A DNA stretch of 63,618 nucleotides, the filler included, from Cercozoa sp. M6MM (Eukaryota; Protista; Endomyxa: Ascetosporea): the NCBI GenBank assembly GCA_040357565.1. It is 17 parts of 17 records of this genome, joined end to end, with 100 filler letters (N's around TTAATTAATTAA, not from the genome) between each part and the next. Parts side by side here need not be neighbours in the genome. Positions count along the whole stretch, not along the records: positions 37,943 to 43,427 come from JBDODJ010000899.1; positions 43,528 to 48,302 come from JBDODJ010001054.1; positions 48,403 to 53,729 come from JBDODJ010000927.1; positions 53,830 to 56,613 come from JBDODJ010001696.1; 13 more parts are not named here. One strand, 5' to 3'. The notes under the pieces were generated by a model. It did not search any database, was not told the DNA's origin, and saw only the letters and a list, made by a program, of their open reading frames with translations. The number at the start of each line of letters is the position of its first letter. The stretch's first letter is position 1. Shown here in pieces: positions 43,158 through 55,413 of the stretch. The translations under genes were made by a program, and so were the position numbers.

Positions 43158-43395
43158 CTACTTCTTCTTGGCCTTGGTGGTCTTTTTGGTGGCCTTACCT
43201 TTCTTGGCGCCTGCACCTGCAGACACGTCCAAAAATACACACAATTGTGGCTACACTAAAGGCAGCACAAGAGACAGAGTACCCTTGCGACCCTTCTTGG
43301 TGGGCGTCTTCTTTTTCTGGCGACGGAGGTCGGTGGCCGAGGGCGGCGCCACCTGGAAGAAGGCGTCGATGCGACGCTGCTTGCCTCTGCGCGTC
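43158..43395 (-). CDS. FEN1: Flap endonuclease 1-like C-terminus (PIP box plus basic tail)
   Basis: RGKQRRIDAFFQV (PCNA-binding QxxIxxFF) followed by a Lys-rich tail and TAG. Confidence 0.6.
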
Positions 43396-43527
43396 AGAGG
43401 TAAACAGAGAGAGAGAGAGAGAGAGAGNNNNNNNNNNNNNNNNNNNNNNNNNNNNNNNNNNNNNNNNNNNNTTAATTAATTAANNNNNNNNNNNNNNNNN
43501 NNNNNNNNNNNNNNNNNNNNNNNNNNN

Positions 43528-43602
<75 letters not shown>

Positions 43603-43629
43603 TGGTTATTTGTGTGGGTAAATTGATAG

Positions 43630-45846
43630 AGTGGTTATGGTGACTTTCACCTTGTGCCAGACCTGTCGACTCTTCGTCACGCTGGTAGAAGTTGTCCTTC
43701 AAAAATATTCTGAGAGCATGCACGTTGTTTGCAGCGTGGCGAGATGGAACAGCGATGGTGCAGTGCGACGTGTTGGATACCGATCAAACGTATATTCGTT
43801 GCGCTAGAGCACCCCTCCCCCCACTCCTACCTTGTGTGATAGCACCGGCGAAGAAGTACCATTGACAGTTGCGCCGCGTATGTTGCTCAAACAGCAACTT
43901 GGTAACGACACCCGGACTTGTTGCAGCTGAGACTAGGAGGATGTTATATTCATTTCTTTGTTGCGTGAGTGCTGCTTTGAGCAGAGCAGATGAAAAACAT
44001 GGGTTTCGACGCCAAGACTGCCACTGAGTGTACAAATAAACTTGTCGAACTTGCCCAACGACTACTGAATTGTAATCATGAACAGTGGAGTTCTATTGTT
44101 TCAAGGAGTCGATCGAGGTACTGCGAGTTTATTCATTTAGTTGAGATTTCACGGTTTCATCACGAAGGAAGCAACAGCGAAGGACTTTGCCCTGTTGACG
44201 CCTGTATCTTCTTACATGGAAGACTACCAGTAGCGTTTTCTTGAACTGTTGAGCTGGTGTAGCGACACCGCTGTTGCACTTTGGCATCTGCACAGTCTGT
44301 TACAAACGGCGCGCGAAGAACCTTTCATGCGCGAGGCACGGCGTGCACTCGAGCAATCGGGTGTGCCTGTAGAAAACAGCAAAGGCGAGGCCGGTCGAGT
44401 ATGTTTCTTGTGTACTCATAACTCGGATTTCTTTACATGCAAGTTGTCTAATTGTCAGGGCCAGCATGAACTGAACGTGCGCTACGGTGAACCCCTTGCG
44501 ATGGCCGATCACCACTCTGTAGGTTTTGACTCAATCTTCTTTCACGTCACTCCTAACTTTAAATATGCCCACAGGTGTACAAGCAATGCTTGCGAGAGCT
44601 GGCTGATCAGCACGGCTTCACACTCACCTGTACTCCCATTTTCGTATATTGTTGTGTGTACTAGGATACCAAATTGAAGTTACTTTTACTGCTTTCTGCA
44701 GTCATGTCCAAGCCATACACTGATTACACGGGTTCGGGCTGTCACATTCACTGTAAACTGATGCGCACACCATCCCTGTCCTTTCAGTGTATCCAGCATG
44801 CGGTGTGCTTACTGTGCTATTGTCAGTGTCCTTGTGGAAGGACGGCAAAAACGCCTTCGTCGGCGGTGAATCTGTATCATCGCTTTCTCCGTTCACAACC
44901 GAAGCTTTAATACGACGTGCATCTCCGTGGTTAGTGCGGCCCTGTGAAGAATTGCAGTCCAATCTTTCGTCACTTTCTCGGTACTTTTCAGTTCACACCA
45001 GTGCTGTATCAACATGAATTGTAAATTTATGTTCCTTCAGGTGGATGGTTGACATTCACGCATGACGTGATGCCCCTGTTTGCACCAAATGTCAACTCAT
45101 ACAAGGTACAGATAATCCTTACTGTGCTTGGCATTAGGCCGAGCAGGCCATTCGGTGCGTGCAGAGATTTCAGTCCGAAAGCTGGGCGCCGACGAAACTC
45201 GCCTGGTGTGCCGACAATCGGACTTGCAGCTTCCGTGCTGTAGGCAGTGGTCCCTCCTTGCGCATCGAGCTGCGTCTGCCTGGAGCCGATGTCAATCCCG
45301 TACACTTAGTTCAATTGACTAGCTGCAGGTTGTGGGGTGCCCCGTTGTGCTTCAAGTATATCTCGTAGTACCTGGCGCTGGCCGGTGCTATCGCAACCGG
45401 TCTTGAAGGCATCCGCCAGCAAGTGGAGCCCCCTGTTGCCATTGACGGCAACGTATACGGTGACAAGGACAAGATGAACGCACTGTCTTCGCTTCCGACG
45501 ACGTTGACCAAGGTACCGTAGTTTGGACTATTCTCAGTACCGGACACGCTGTGCTTTGTAGGCGACGGATGTCTTCGAGAATAGCGAATTCGCCAAGCGT
45601 GTGTTCGGTAAAGTTGTCGGTTGAGATTGTGTAAGTTTAATACACACGCGTGGGTTTGCAACAGGCGAGGAAGTTGTCCAGCACTACGCGCGCTTTTTCC
45701 GCTGCGAGCAGGTAGTATTTATATTTGAGTCTTCAGCGGCACATGAGTTGACGACCGATACAGTACGATTGTTTTGGTTTTTGTAGCTGGCTTTTGAAAA
45801 GGCCGTCACTGATTTTGAACGCAAGCGCTACCTTGAACAGATCTAA
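43630..45846 (+). CDS. Glutamine synthetase-family protein of bacterial GlnA4/PuuA (gamma-glutamylamine ligase) type, intron-rich, 5' truncated
   Basis: GYGDFHLVPDLSTLR; VENSKGEAGRGQHELNVRY; FMSKPYTDYTGSGCHIHLSLW; FAPNVNSYKRF...WAPTKLAWCADNRTCSFR; RIELRLPGADVNPYLA; AVTDFERKRYLEQI. Confidence 0.9.
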
Positions 45847-46596
45847 TCCGATCTGGCAAATCATGGTGTGCGTGCGCAACAACGCAATCACACAGCTTGA
45901 TACCGTAATAAAAGAGTGCGTCCGCTTGGCCTTGCGCAGTGATACGACATCGATACGTCTTTACTTCCTACGCTTCCCTGAGAACCAGGGTCGCGTAATT
46001 ACGCAGAGTATTTAGCTTCATTTGGCAATCTTAGCCGCTTTAGTTGTGCTAGTAGATAACAGTACACCAGACATTATAGTGGCGCTAAGCCACTGTAGGC
46101 CAAAAACAGGAAACTCGTGGGATAGCGGCACCTTACCCCCCCCCCCTCCCCGCCTCCCTGAAAGGGGAGGAATACCACTTTTTGCACTCGAATTGACGAC
46201 TCCGCCAACACCACGAGCCTCCCAGGCTCACCCCTACCCTGGAGGTTGACTTCGACAGCAGATTTCGAGTTGCTGTGCCGAGTTGACGACAGACTCGCGC
46301 ATCGCCGCCGACTCGCGTCGCCTCGTGCGACCCGACTGAAGACGTTTGTTGGCTATGTCCCGAACTGGCGGGACGCTTTTTTTCTTTGGTCTTGTATGGG
46401 GAAATCCCTATCGTCAAAAAAGTGAAAACCTTCCAGGGGGGTACAGTAACTACCTAAACGTACCAGACGGGCAAATAATAAGGTCCGTCAAGGAAACTTA
46501 GGAATGCCCACAACTCCGAATGGTTGGATTTTTCAAAAACGCCCCGCCAATCCGGGGCATACCCACGTTTGTTACGCCTGACGACGAGACAAGCGA

Positions 46597-46636
46597 CAGT
46601 TAAATCAGTGGGTTAGTTAGTTCAGTTAAATCAGTG
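46597..46636 (-). mobile_element. Tail-only (AACT)3 micro-insertion flanked by a 14-bp TSD
   Basis: CAGTTAAATCAGTG-GGTTAGTTAGTT-CAGTTAAATCAGTG; the insert is the reverse complement of the retrotransposon (TAAC)n tail. Confidence 0.7.
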
Positions 46637-47149
46637 CTTGCGTCCGGCGGAGTGAGTCACATCGCGCCACTTGCCTCTAGGGGCAACTTACTCCACAACA
46701 CAACACGCATTGTCACTACAGCAACACGCGCTGGTCACGCACACTTCGGAGTTATATATCGTTTTCAATAACACGTCCTGATACGGACTTAGAAAGCTGG
46801 TCCAAATACCCTTTAAAAGTCAGTCCCCAAGACGTTTGACTTAGGGCTAGTTATTTAAATGGTCCTACAGGCACTCAATGACACGACGGACGCCGCTCCC
46901 CTTCTTCCGCACGGCCGGGGACGCCGACGCCGACGCCTCAGGACGCGAGCCTGCACACGGAGCTCGCTAAGTCTTCTGTCAACGCCTGCGCCCAAGATTG
47001 TCCATCTCCCGGTAGAGGACGATTGTGTCGCATGGAGAGGAAACGCCTGCAGGAGCGCGAGACCAAGCCATCTCTCGGAAGGATGGATGACCCGGTCCCG
47101 CGCCTCCGCTTCGACCTGCAGATCTGACGCCGCTTTCTAGACACCGACC

Positions 47150-47748
47150 TGTTACCGCAGCCCTCTCAGATAGGGATCAGGCCTTGGTAAATTGAGGGTG
47201 CTTTGCCAGTGAGACAAAAAAAAAAACTAAGGAACGTAAGAAAGTCTGTTCTTGGAGGGAGAGTGGCCAAGTGTCAGTTTGAAAGAGTGAGTTACCCCAC
47301 GCCAACGGTTCAGTTGGGCGGTAAAGCACTGGTGGACGGGAAAGTCACCCGTCAGATAGTAACTGTAGAAAGGACAGTCAGTAAAAAGGGTCCTTGACGG
47401 AAAGACGTCGTGAGAACTGAGTAGTGAGGATTCAGAAGTACTTGGGTTGGCGTGAAGTAAAGAAGAAGAAGAAGGGCCTCTGGAAAGGCAGAGGACGGGT
47501 AGAAGCGAAGACAACTGGTCCTGGAGAGATCAGATTACCTGGTCGAGAGAGAGCCCTTCTTTGAGTTCAGCTGCAAAAAGCTTGCTCAAGGCTTCTCTAC
47601 TCAAACACAGGTGTTCCACAGTCTGGACTGGAGCTCTCAGTAGGTCAGGATACCAGCGAACACGCGTCAAACTCTTCCACACCTATTTGAGGATTTTTGT
47701 AAGTTGTAGGGTTGCTGCCGCGCGGATACAGTAGTTCATGCTGTAACA
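47150..47748 (+). mobile_element. Solo LTR (599 bp), probably Ty3/Gypsy-like
   Basis: Termini TGTTAC...GTAACA form a 6-bp inverted repeat (TG..CA); 4-bp TSD GACC at 47146-47149 and 47749-47752; three other copies in the window. Confidence 0.92.
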
Positions 47749-48440
47749 GACCTAGACTCTTGTGTCGAAATAGACCGACGGAACTAACAAAAAGAAACCA
47801 ACCACCGACGTGCAGTCCTGCACCAGTCGATCCGTTGTTTCTCATACGAGACGCAGTCGCCCAGCAGCAGCCTCCAACCGTCTTCGCGATCAATTTGCGA
47901 TACAAAACACAGTAACCGCAGCACAGTTACTAAGCCACATAGGGAGCAGTACCCCTTGCGGCGCAGCCAATTGATGAGCGTGTCGGCAACGATTTCATCT
48001 GCTCGTTCCTCCTCTTTGCCTCCTGTCACACAAAAAGCAATAACGCATCCCGTGCAGTGATTAGCAGTTGTACGGGTGAAGGCAACGCATTCGTCACCAC
48101 CAATCGCCATGAATTCCGTGCACACCAAGCGAACTTCTCTGTCACCTACTCCCCCAAAGAAAGAGACATATAAGTTATAACTCTAAATACAGACACTGGA
48201 GGGTCCAAGTTCCATTTTTACCCTCCAACTCAGCGTCATTTAGCGTGAAGCTATCAATTGAATTGTCCCTGGTGTTCACCTTTTAAATTGCAAAAAAAAA
48301 AANNNNNNNNNNNNNNNNNNNNNNNNNNNNNNNNNNNNNNNNNNNNTTAATTAATTAANNNNNNNNNNNNNNNNNNNNNNNNNNNNNNNNNNNNNNNNNN
48401 NNGATAAACTGGGGAGGAGGGGGGGGGGGGGGTAAAGCTA

Positions 48441-49379
48441 CCTGCGCAGCCTTCTGCGCGGCCTTCTGCGCCTCGCGCGAGACCACAACGATCGAGGACT
48501 TTTTCTTCCGCTGCGCCCTGAGTCGAGCGGCGGCGCGGCGTTTCGCGGCAGGGTCAACGTACGCGTGTCGCTGTCGACGCTTCTTGGCCTCCAGCTCCTC
48601 TCGGTCCACCGGCTCTTGCTGCAGAGGTATGGTGTATGATATGGGGTATGGGTATGTATATGGGTAAGCGGCAGCATGAAGGGAGCAAACACACCCTCCT
48701 GCGTTTCTTGGGCACCTCCTCCTCCTCTTCGCTCTCTTCACTGACCGAGTCGAAGAAGTCCGAGTCCAAACGGTCGCGCACGTGCGCGTCCTCGGCCGCG
48801 TCGTACTCGTCGGCTGCCTCGGCGTCCTCCTCTGCTGGAGGTATGGACACAGGCAATACAGAGGGTACAGGGTACAATACAGGAGGCACGGAAAGTCTAA
48901 AGTTGCAAGGGTAGATCGTTAAGGCACCTTCCTGACCCTCCTTGTCCTCCTCGTCGAGTTTCCAGTAGCCCTACCCCACACCAAATGACATACCAGCGTA
49001 CAGGTGACACACCCTAGCTTCCTCAAGAGTGCAGCCTTACAGTGTTCCACCAGGCGTCCTCAGCCTCGTCCTCTTCTTCGTCCAAAGTGACTTCCTTGGT
49101 GGCACGGCGACGCGACGACCTGCGAGGCGCCTTGTTGGCTTGCTCCTCCTCGTCGTCGCTGCTTTCAAAGACATAGCCGCCTTCCTCGCTGCTTTCGTCC
49201 TCTTCTTCGCCGCTTTCGTCTTCCTCCTCCTGATCTTCATTCTGCTGGCCGTGGTCCTCGTCGTTGCTGCCGCGTTCCTCGACCGGCTCGGCTTCCTGGT
49301 CGCCCATCATGGCGGCGCTTTTGGGCGGCAACTGCGGCCTGTCATTGTCCTCGCTGCCAGCCGTTCCCGAAGGCACCAT
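48441..49379 (-). CDS. VPS72: VPS72/YL1 (SWR1/TIP60 H2A.Z chaperone), 5' part
   Basis: Acidic N-terminus, RRSSRRRAT, EDEAEDAWWNTGYW, DEY...DRLDSDFFDS, KKRRQRHAYVDP; this order matches the YL1 N-terminus. Confidence 0.7.
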
Positions 49380-49595
49380 TGGTGCCCTAACCGGTTTTTC
49401 TGCGCACGAGATGCTACCACTCTTGCGCTCGTAGCACTGGGCCGTGCGCTAACCACTCACAGACAGGAGTTGACGAAACACAACCCGCAAAAATTGAGTC
49501 CATAGCCTGTCGGCTCCGGCTCGCTGCTACCGTCACCATGACCTGATGGGCGCGAGCTCTTGCCTCTACTTTTTTGGACTTAAAACTTACGATCA

Positions 49596-50059
49596 ATGTC
49601 GGAGAAGGAGTATCCACGTCACGAGGACTTGCGTGTATCAGATGTTTTTTAGATCGAAAACGATCAGTTTCCTAACATTTGTTCATCGTTCCTGTTGTGC
49701 AGACACAGCACGGTCGAAGGAACTGCCAAGAGGCAGCACGGCGGTGCTTGGACTGCTGGCAGCGCATGGGACAACAAGGCGCCGAGGAGTGCGAGGACAA
49801 CGAGTGTCGCGACTACCTGTCCAAGGAGTTCTGCCCGCCGAGCTGGCGTCGCTACTTTGAGGAGCAGTTCCAGCAGCGCATGATGATCGAGCGCACTCTC
49901 AAGGCGCGCAAGGCGCTGGGCGCAGAGACCAAGATGGAACTGCACAAGGCCATGCTGCGCACGCTGCATCAAGACAAGAAGCGTCAGGACCACCTCAACA
50001 GCGGCACCGAGAGCGACTCTTCGCGGTCATCAAAACAGGAGACTTCAACTGAGAGCTGA
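49596..50059 (+). CDS. COA6/COX6B-like twin-Cys mitochondrial intermembrane-space protein
   Basis: MSEKEYPRHEDLR-TQHGRRNCQEAARRCLDCWQ...EC...FCPPSWRRYFEEQ (Cx9C ... CPxxWxxYF). Confidence 0.7.
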
Positions 50060-50162
50060 GCTGACGTGAAACGCAATAGCTTCCAGTAGTCGGAATTTAG
50101 TTATAGATCTATTCAAGGCAGAGGCTGGGATATCCGATCGCGTATGCGACGCGATGGAGGAA

Positions 50163-50261
50163 TCAGTCCTGTTTTTGGGCGAGCTTCTTGATCGGCGCGA
50201 ACGTTGGTGGCGACAGCGAGCCGAGTGACCTGTGCACAACGTGACGTACACTCCACTGGGA

Positions 50262-50315
<54 letters not shown>

Positions 50316-50610
50316 AGAGGACAGGCATACCTCACAACAGGTTGGTCTTGCACACGCACCGCCTCCAGCGGCAGGAACAGCGCCGATGCAGCGAATGAGA
50401 CCAAGACAGCGCCCAACGTCGCCAGTACAGCGGCTGGTGCGTCGAATCGCTCGTCTTCGTGGATGCCTGAGAAGCGCAGCGCCGGAATGACAGAAATCAA
50501 GCACAGAAAGCGCGGCTATGGCAATCAGTACCGGCGTGCATTCGCATACCACCCAACACCAGGCCGGCAATGCCAAGAAGCAAGACCAGCGTGCCCACAA
50601 TGTGTTTCAT
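50163..50610 (-). CDS. Small 2-TM protein, possibly EMC5/MMGT1-like
   Basis: MKHIVGTLVLLLGIAGLVLGG...AAVLATLGAVLVSFAASALFLPLEAV...SLSPPTFAPIK; 3 exons. Confidence 0.4.
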
Positions 50611-50817
50611 TGTTAGTACACGCACCGACACACCTCTATAGGGTCAGTAGTTGGAGTTGTCAAGTTCGTTTCACTTTGTTAAAGGTGCATGCTCAAGCAC
50701 AATGTCTGTGCTGGTGTGGAGCAGCAGTGGGTGTAGTGCTGGTAGGTTGCTGCAGTACGTTCAGGTGTTGCGTTTCTAGTCAAATTGGGTGGAAATTGGC
50801 GCCCAAATCCACAAGAC

Positions 50818-52299
50818 ATGTCGAAACGCGCGTTTGGAGAGATCTCCGCCGGACCCGAGGGCGCCGATGACGACGTCGAGACAAGTACTGGTAACCCAGG
50901 TTTCTGTTGTTACACCAAGTGTCTGTGTTTGGAGTTTCTCTCACCTGTAGTCGAGACAGGCTCAAGCATGGAGACAGTTCGCTTCCATAGCGAGTTGCTG
51001 CCGATGTACTTTGGTAGTCTGTACCCGTGGTTTGAGGTACCTTTTGTTTCGTGTTCGTTTACTCTTTGATTTATTGAACTGCTCACGTGTGCGAGGTAGG
51101 TGTTCCGCTGGCTTTCTGCTGGTCACGACCCTCGCGACAACAAGACTCGCGTTGTTGGTACCGACAGCACGCTTGTCCTTGTCTGTCTTTGCTTTTATCA
51201 ACGACAAACACTAACAACAGGTGAGGAACGCATGTGGACACATCGAGAGTTTTCGTTCACTCTGGCTGATGGTGCTTACCTACGCTACAAGAGTTTCGAC
51301 GACGTGGCAGAGGTATGCTCAAACTTGCAGCAACTCTTTTTGTCTGACCTGGGGTGCTTTTTCCCAGATGCGCGCGGATGCCTTGCGTCTTGCCCCTCAC
51401 AAACTCGATATCGGTACTTTCGCTGTCTGGAACTTCTAGAGTTCCTTGCAACGAACACAAAAACAAGTGCAGGTGCCGTGTACTCGCATCTGCCAAAATC
51501 GCGAAAGAACGTGCGCCCGAGCGAGTTCAAGCCTCTGATGCGCGAGCTTGTATGTTTTGTTACATCGTCAATCTTTGTTGATCGCATTTTGATCTTGTTT
51601 TGTTTGTTTCTGCAGGTTTTTGACGTCGATATCAACGATTACGACGACATTCGTCTGTGCTGTCAGGTGCGAACTCAACTCACAATTTACAGCAACTTGA
51701 CTCCACTCAACTCATAACTCAACTCACAACTCGACTCAATTACTAAAATGAGGTTGCTTTGGAACAGGGTGCCAAGGTGTGCGACCAGTGCTGGCCGCTG
51801 ATGTCTTGCGCCATCGAAATCGTCACGGTAAACTTAATCAAAGTTAAAATTTGATCTGCACAAACAAGTTTGTTTGCACGAGACAAGTTTTGTTTGCAGA
51901 CCGCGCTGAAGGAAGATTTTGGCTTTAAGCACTTCCTGGCCGTGTTTAGCGGTCGTCGTGGTACCTGCTTTGCATTAACAGGTTTGTTTGCAACTGAAAT
52001 GCGATGTGGTCGAATGTGAGCGACAGGCGTGCACGTGTGGTGTTGCGATCGCGCAGCGCGTGAGTTGGACGATCAGTCGCGCAGTGCGCTGGTCGAGTAC
52101 CTCAACGTGTTCGAGTCGTTTGATCCGGTGCTGGTGCAGTGCGGCAGCACGTTCCCGCACCACTCGCTCACGCGCGCCTACAATGTGTGTCGGCGCTACA
52201 TGCTGCAGATGGACCCCCTCGCGTCGGACTCGCTGCGTCGCAAGCTGATTGAAGGCGCTTTCCCCGTCGGCAGCGATGTTCATTCTCTTTATATCTCTC

Positions 52300-52385
<86 letters not shown>

Positions 52386-53290
52386 CTGTTTCTTACTTGT
52401 GGTTTCCTACTTGTGAGTTATGCTGTATTTACACTCGCTTGGTTCAGTTGAGAGACAGACTGCTCAATTCAAGCGAATGGAAAAAGTTCGCAACGGCTGA
52501 GGTGCCTTCCTGTTTCTTTTGTTGCCTTTTCCGTTCGAGGTTTGTCCATCTGTGTAGCAACGAATCGAGTACCTGGAGAACACATGTCTCAAAAAGAACC
52601 GACGTTCCGCAGGTAGCACATGTTGATTCGACTTTGGCTGATAAGTAGTGCTTAAGCGCAGATGGCCGAAGGTGGCTCTACGCACTCGTGTTTCGCTTCT
52701 GCTATCCGCGACTCGATCTGGAGGTGTCCAAGCACCGAAATCACTTGCTCAAGGCGCCTTTTGTCGTGCACCCAAAGACCGGCCTCGTCTGCACGCCGAT
52801 CGATCACAACAACTTGGGACAGTTCTCGCCACTGCAGCAACCGGATCTCGTAGGCTGTTTGTCCTTGTCTCCAAGCAGTAGCTGTGTGTGTGTGCATGTG
52901 TGTATGTGCATGTGTGTGTGTGTGCCTGAGTGCAGGTTCAACTCACCGATGAGCTGGCCAACGCGCGCAAGGACGGTGCAAACGTCGGCGATGCCAGCAG
53001 CGACGACATTCTCGGTACGGACGACGTCACGCGCGGCGAGTGGCGTCTCACGTCACTCGAGGTTCATTTTTCCCTACGTCTTTGTCTGTGTCTGTGTTCT
53101 TTGTTAATGTATGTGCTCTCATGTGCAGCCACACGTCACTTTCTTTCGACAGCGCTTTTTGAAGCCATTGCTCATGTCGGAGCGAGCGCAATCTGCACGA
53201 GGTAAGTCTGTGCTCCTGTTTCTTCGCCGGCGTATGTGCATGCTTTGGGTGCTTTATCTCGTAGTGCACGAACCGATGACTGACTGGTGA
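50818..53290 (+). CDS. PRIM1: DNA primase small (catalytic) subunit, complete, 16 exons
   Basis: HREFSFTL...YLRYKSF; PHKLDIGAVY; RELVFDVDINDYDDIRLCC; EDFGF...VFSGRRGVHVWCCD; YPRLDLEVSKHRNHLLKAPFVVHPKTG. Confidence 0.96.
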
Positions 53291-53294
53291 TAAA

Positions 53295-53404
53295 GGCCAT
53301 GATGCGCTTGTGACCCGCCGGAAGACTGGCACTGGCGAGGGGAACTACGACATAGATACTTGGTTTCCATGCAAGTACTAGCCTGAACGGCCGGGAACTA
53401 ACTA
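53295..53404 (+). mobile_element. Old, diverged 3' fragment of the non-LTR retrotransposon
   Basis: GGCCATG..CTTGTGACCC..AGACTGG..AGGGGAACTAC..TTGGTTTCC..AACTAACTA is collinear with 63496-63571. Confidence 0.7.
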
Positions 53405-53929
53405 TTTTTCTTTCTAGTCAGTTGCCGTGCGTTGTTCAGCGTTGAGTTTTGCTGCCGTATGCCTACGCTAGGTTTGGAAACGAAACCTATGAGTACCATA
53501 TTTTCCTGTTTGCCGTTGGTTTTTGCTGACAGTACAACACTGCGACTAGCGCTGACTCGACTAAGGATCTCGTATACTGCAACAAGCAGCGGTGCTTGTA
53601 CTGCGCTGGGTACAGTACCAGCTGTGCTGCCCTGCCCATCTCAATGTAAACTCCGTCATGAACGGAAGTTGACGTGATTGACATGATGTGGCACGATTAA
53701 ACTCATGCTGGTACGGTACAGTGCTAGGTNNNNNNNNNNNNNNNNNNNNNNNNNNNNNNNNNNNNNNNNNNNNTTAATTAATTAANNNNNNNNNNNNNNN
53801 NNNNNNNNNNNNNNNNNNNNNNNNNNNNNTGTAGTATCGGTACCTAAAATAACAGTGGGAAATAACAGTGGGGGGTAAAGAAGGGATAATGGGAGTGGGT
53901 GTGTGTGTGTGGGGGGGGGGGTAAACTTA

Positions 53930-54693
53930 CACAGACTGCTCGAGTCCGGCAGCGGCCACAATAGCCGCGTGGTTGCCCCACGTCGGGTTCGGCAGGAACA
54001 CTTGTCTGCGGGATTAGGGGGTAAGGGATAGGGTCGGTGGATAAGGGGGTAAGGGATGGGGGCCGGGGGATAAGGGGGAAAGGGATGGGATCGGCTAGTA
54101 CCGGCCAGGCAGGTGCTTGGCGATGAAGTCGAAAGCGACGCGAAGTGCGCCCGTGCCGGAGAGCGACTGAATGCCGGCGATGCGTCCTTCGGCGATGGCG
54201 GCGCTGCTGTCGCCGAACATCAGTTTCTGCGACAGTGCGATAAAGTTCGGGTCGCCGCCGATCGGCGCGTACTCGATGTTGCGCTCGACTTCCTTAGCCA
54301 TCTCAACCTCCGTGTCGCGAACCACATCCAGCACGTACGGCTTGCCCTAGAGGGGGTATAAGATATGCCAAGAGGGAAAAAGGTAAATGGTTAAAGAGTT
54401 TAAGGTGCGGGGGGGGGGGGGTGTAGCCAAGGGTCAAAGCTAAGCAAACCTGCTCGGTGCGGTAGGCACCAACGGAGAGATTGATCTTCTGCGGCGCCTT
54501 GTCTTGCGAGAACGCGTTCTTCACGCCGAAAATCGCGTCCGGCGGAGCTTGCGTCACGCCAGCGAACGGTCCCATTGCAGCCTGTTTCCACACACACAAT
54601 ATCACACCTCGCTTTTCACAGGTCCAAACAGGGGCGCACACTCATGCGAAGTTGTGTCGAGAAGCGCGCCAGACGACGGCTAGCGGAGGACAT
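53930..54693 (-). CDS. Aspartate aminotransferase (class I), 5' part, with PTS2-like leader exon
   Basis: QAPPDAIFGV...KINLSVGAYRTEQGKPYVL; EYAPIGG; IQSLSGTGALR; VFLPNPTWGNH; exon 1 reads MSSASRRLARFSTQLRMS. Confidence 0.93.
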
Positions 54694-55413
54694 CATTCTA
54701 TTTCTTTATTGCAATTGTGCAAAAGCGGGGTGGGGCTTAAACACACATCTTGCACTCCAAAACAAACGGGGTTTGTCTCAGTTTTGGGCTGGTAAAAAAA
54801 TTGCCAAAAAACCACGTCACGACCCCAAAGAAGCGCAGTTAAAGCGTGTCGAAACTCACGTCAGAAGTCACGATGCAAATGCGTGCAACTAACAAGGCTT
54901 GCAAAGTCGCGGAAAAACGCCACAAACCAACAAAAAAAGCGATTTTGGGACCCACCGGAAAGAATGACCCACACTTTCAAGCGTTCTAACTTTAGGAAAG
55001 AGCACCCAAATACCAATTTACAGTAAGCGGTGTGGTTAGACCTTGCAATCGTGCCTTTCTGTTGTTTGATTGACTTTCTTTTTTTCTCCCCGATCGGTCA
55101 GTGAGTTCCGGCATCAGTTTTGAGCCCAAGGCGCTCAATATTATTGAGTCAGAGTACTCAAACGTCTGTATTCTGAGGCTTTGGTGCGTCTGAGTGCGGT
55201 AGTAGGCTGTGCCACGGGCTGAGACGTGCTCACCCAACCAGTAGGGACACGCGTTCTAGCCTGCATAGCGGTGTGAGACGGACTACAGCAGTGTTTACGA
55301 ATACGCCGTGGTGGTCAGATCTACGTTTCAAGCGCTGCTGCATGACAAGGCAATTTTGATCGCCAGATTGAAAAAGAGACAATTGTGTTAGGCGTTCTCT
55401 GTTATCTGTGCAA

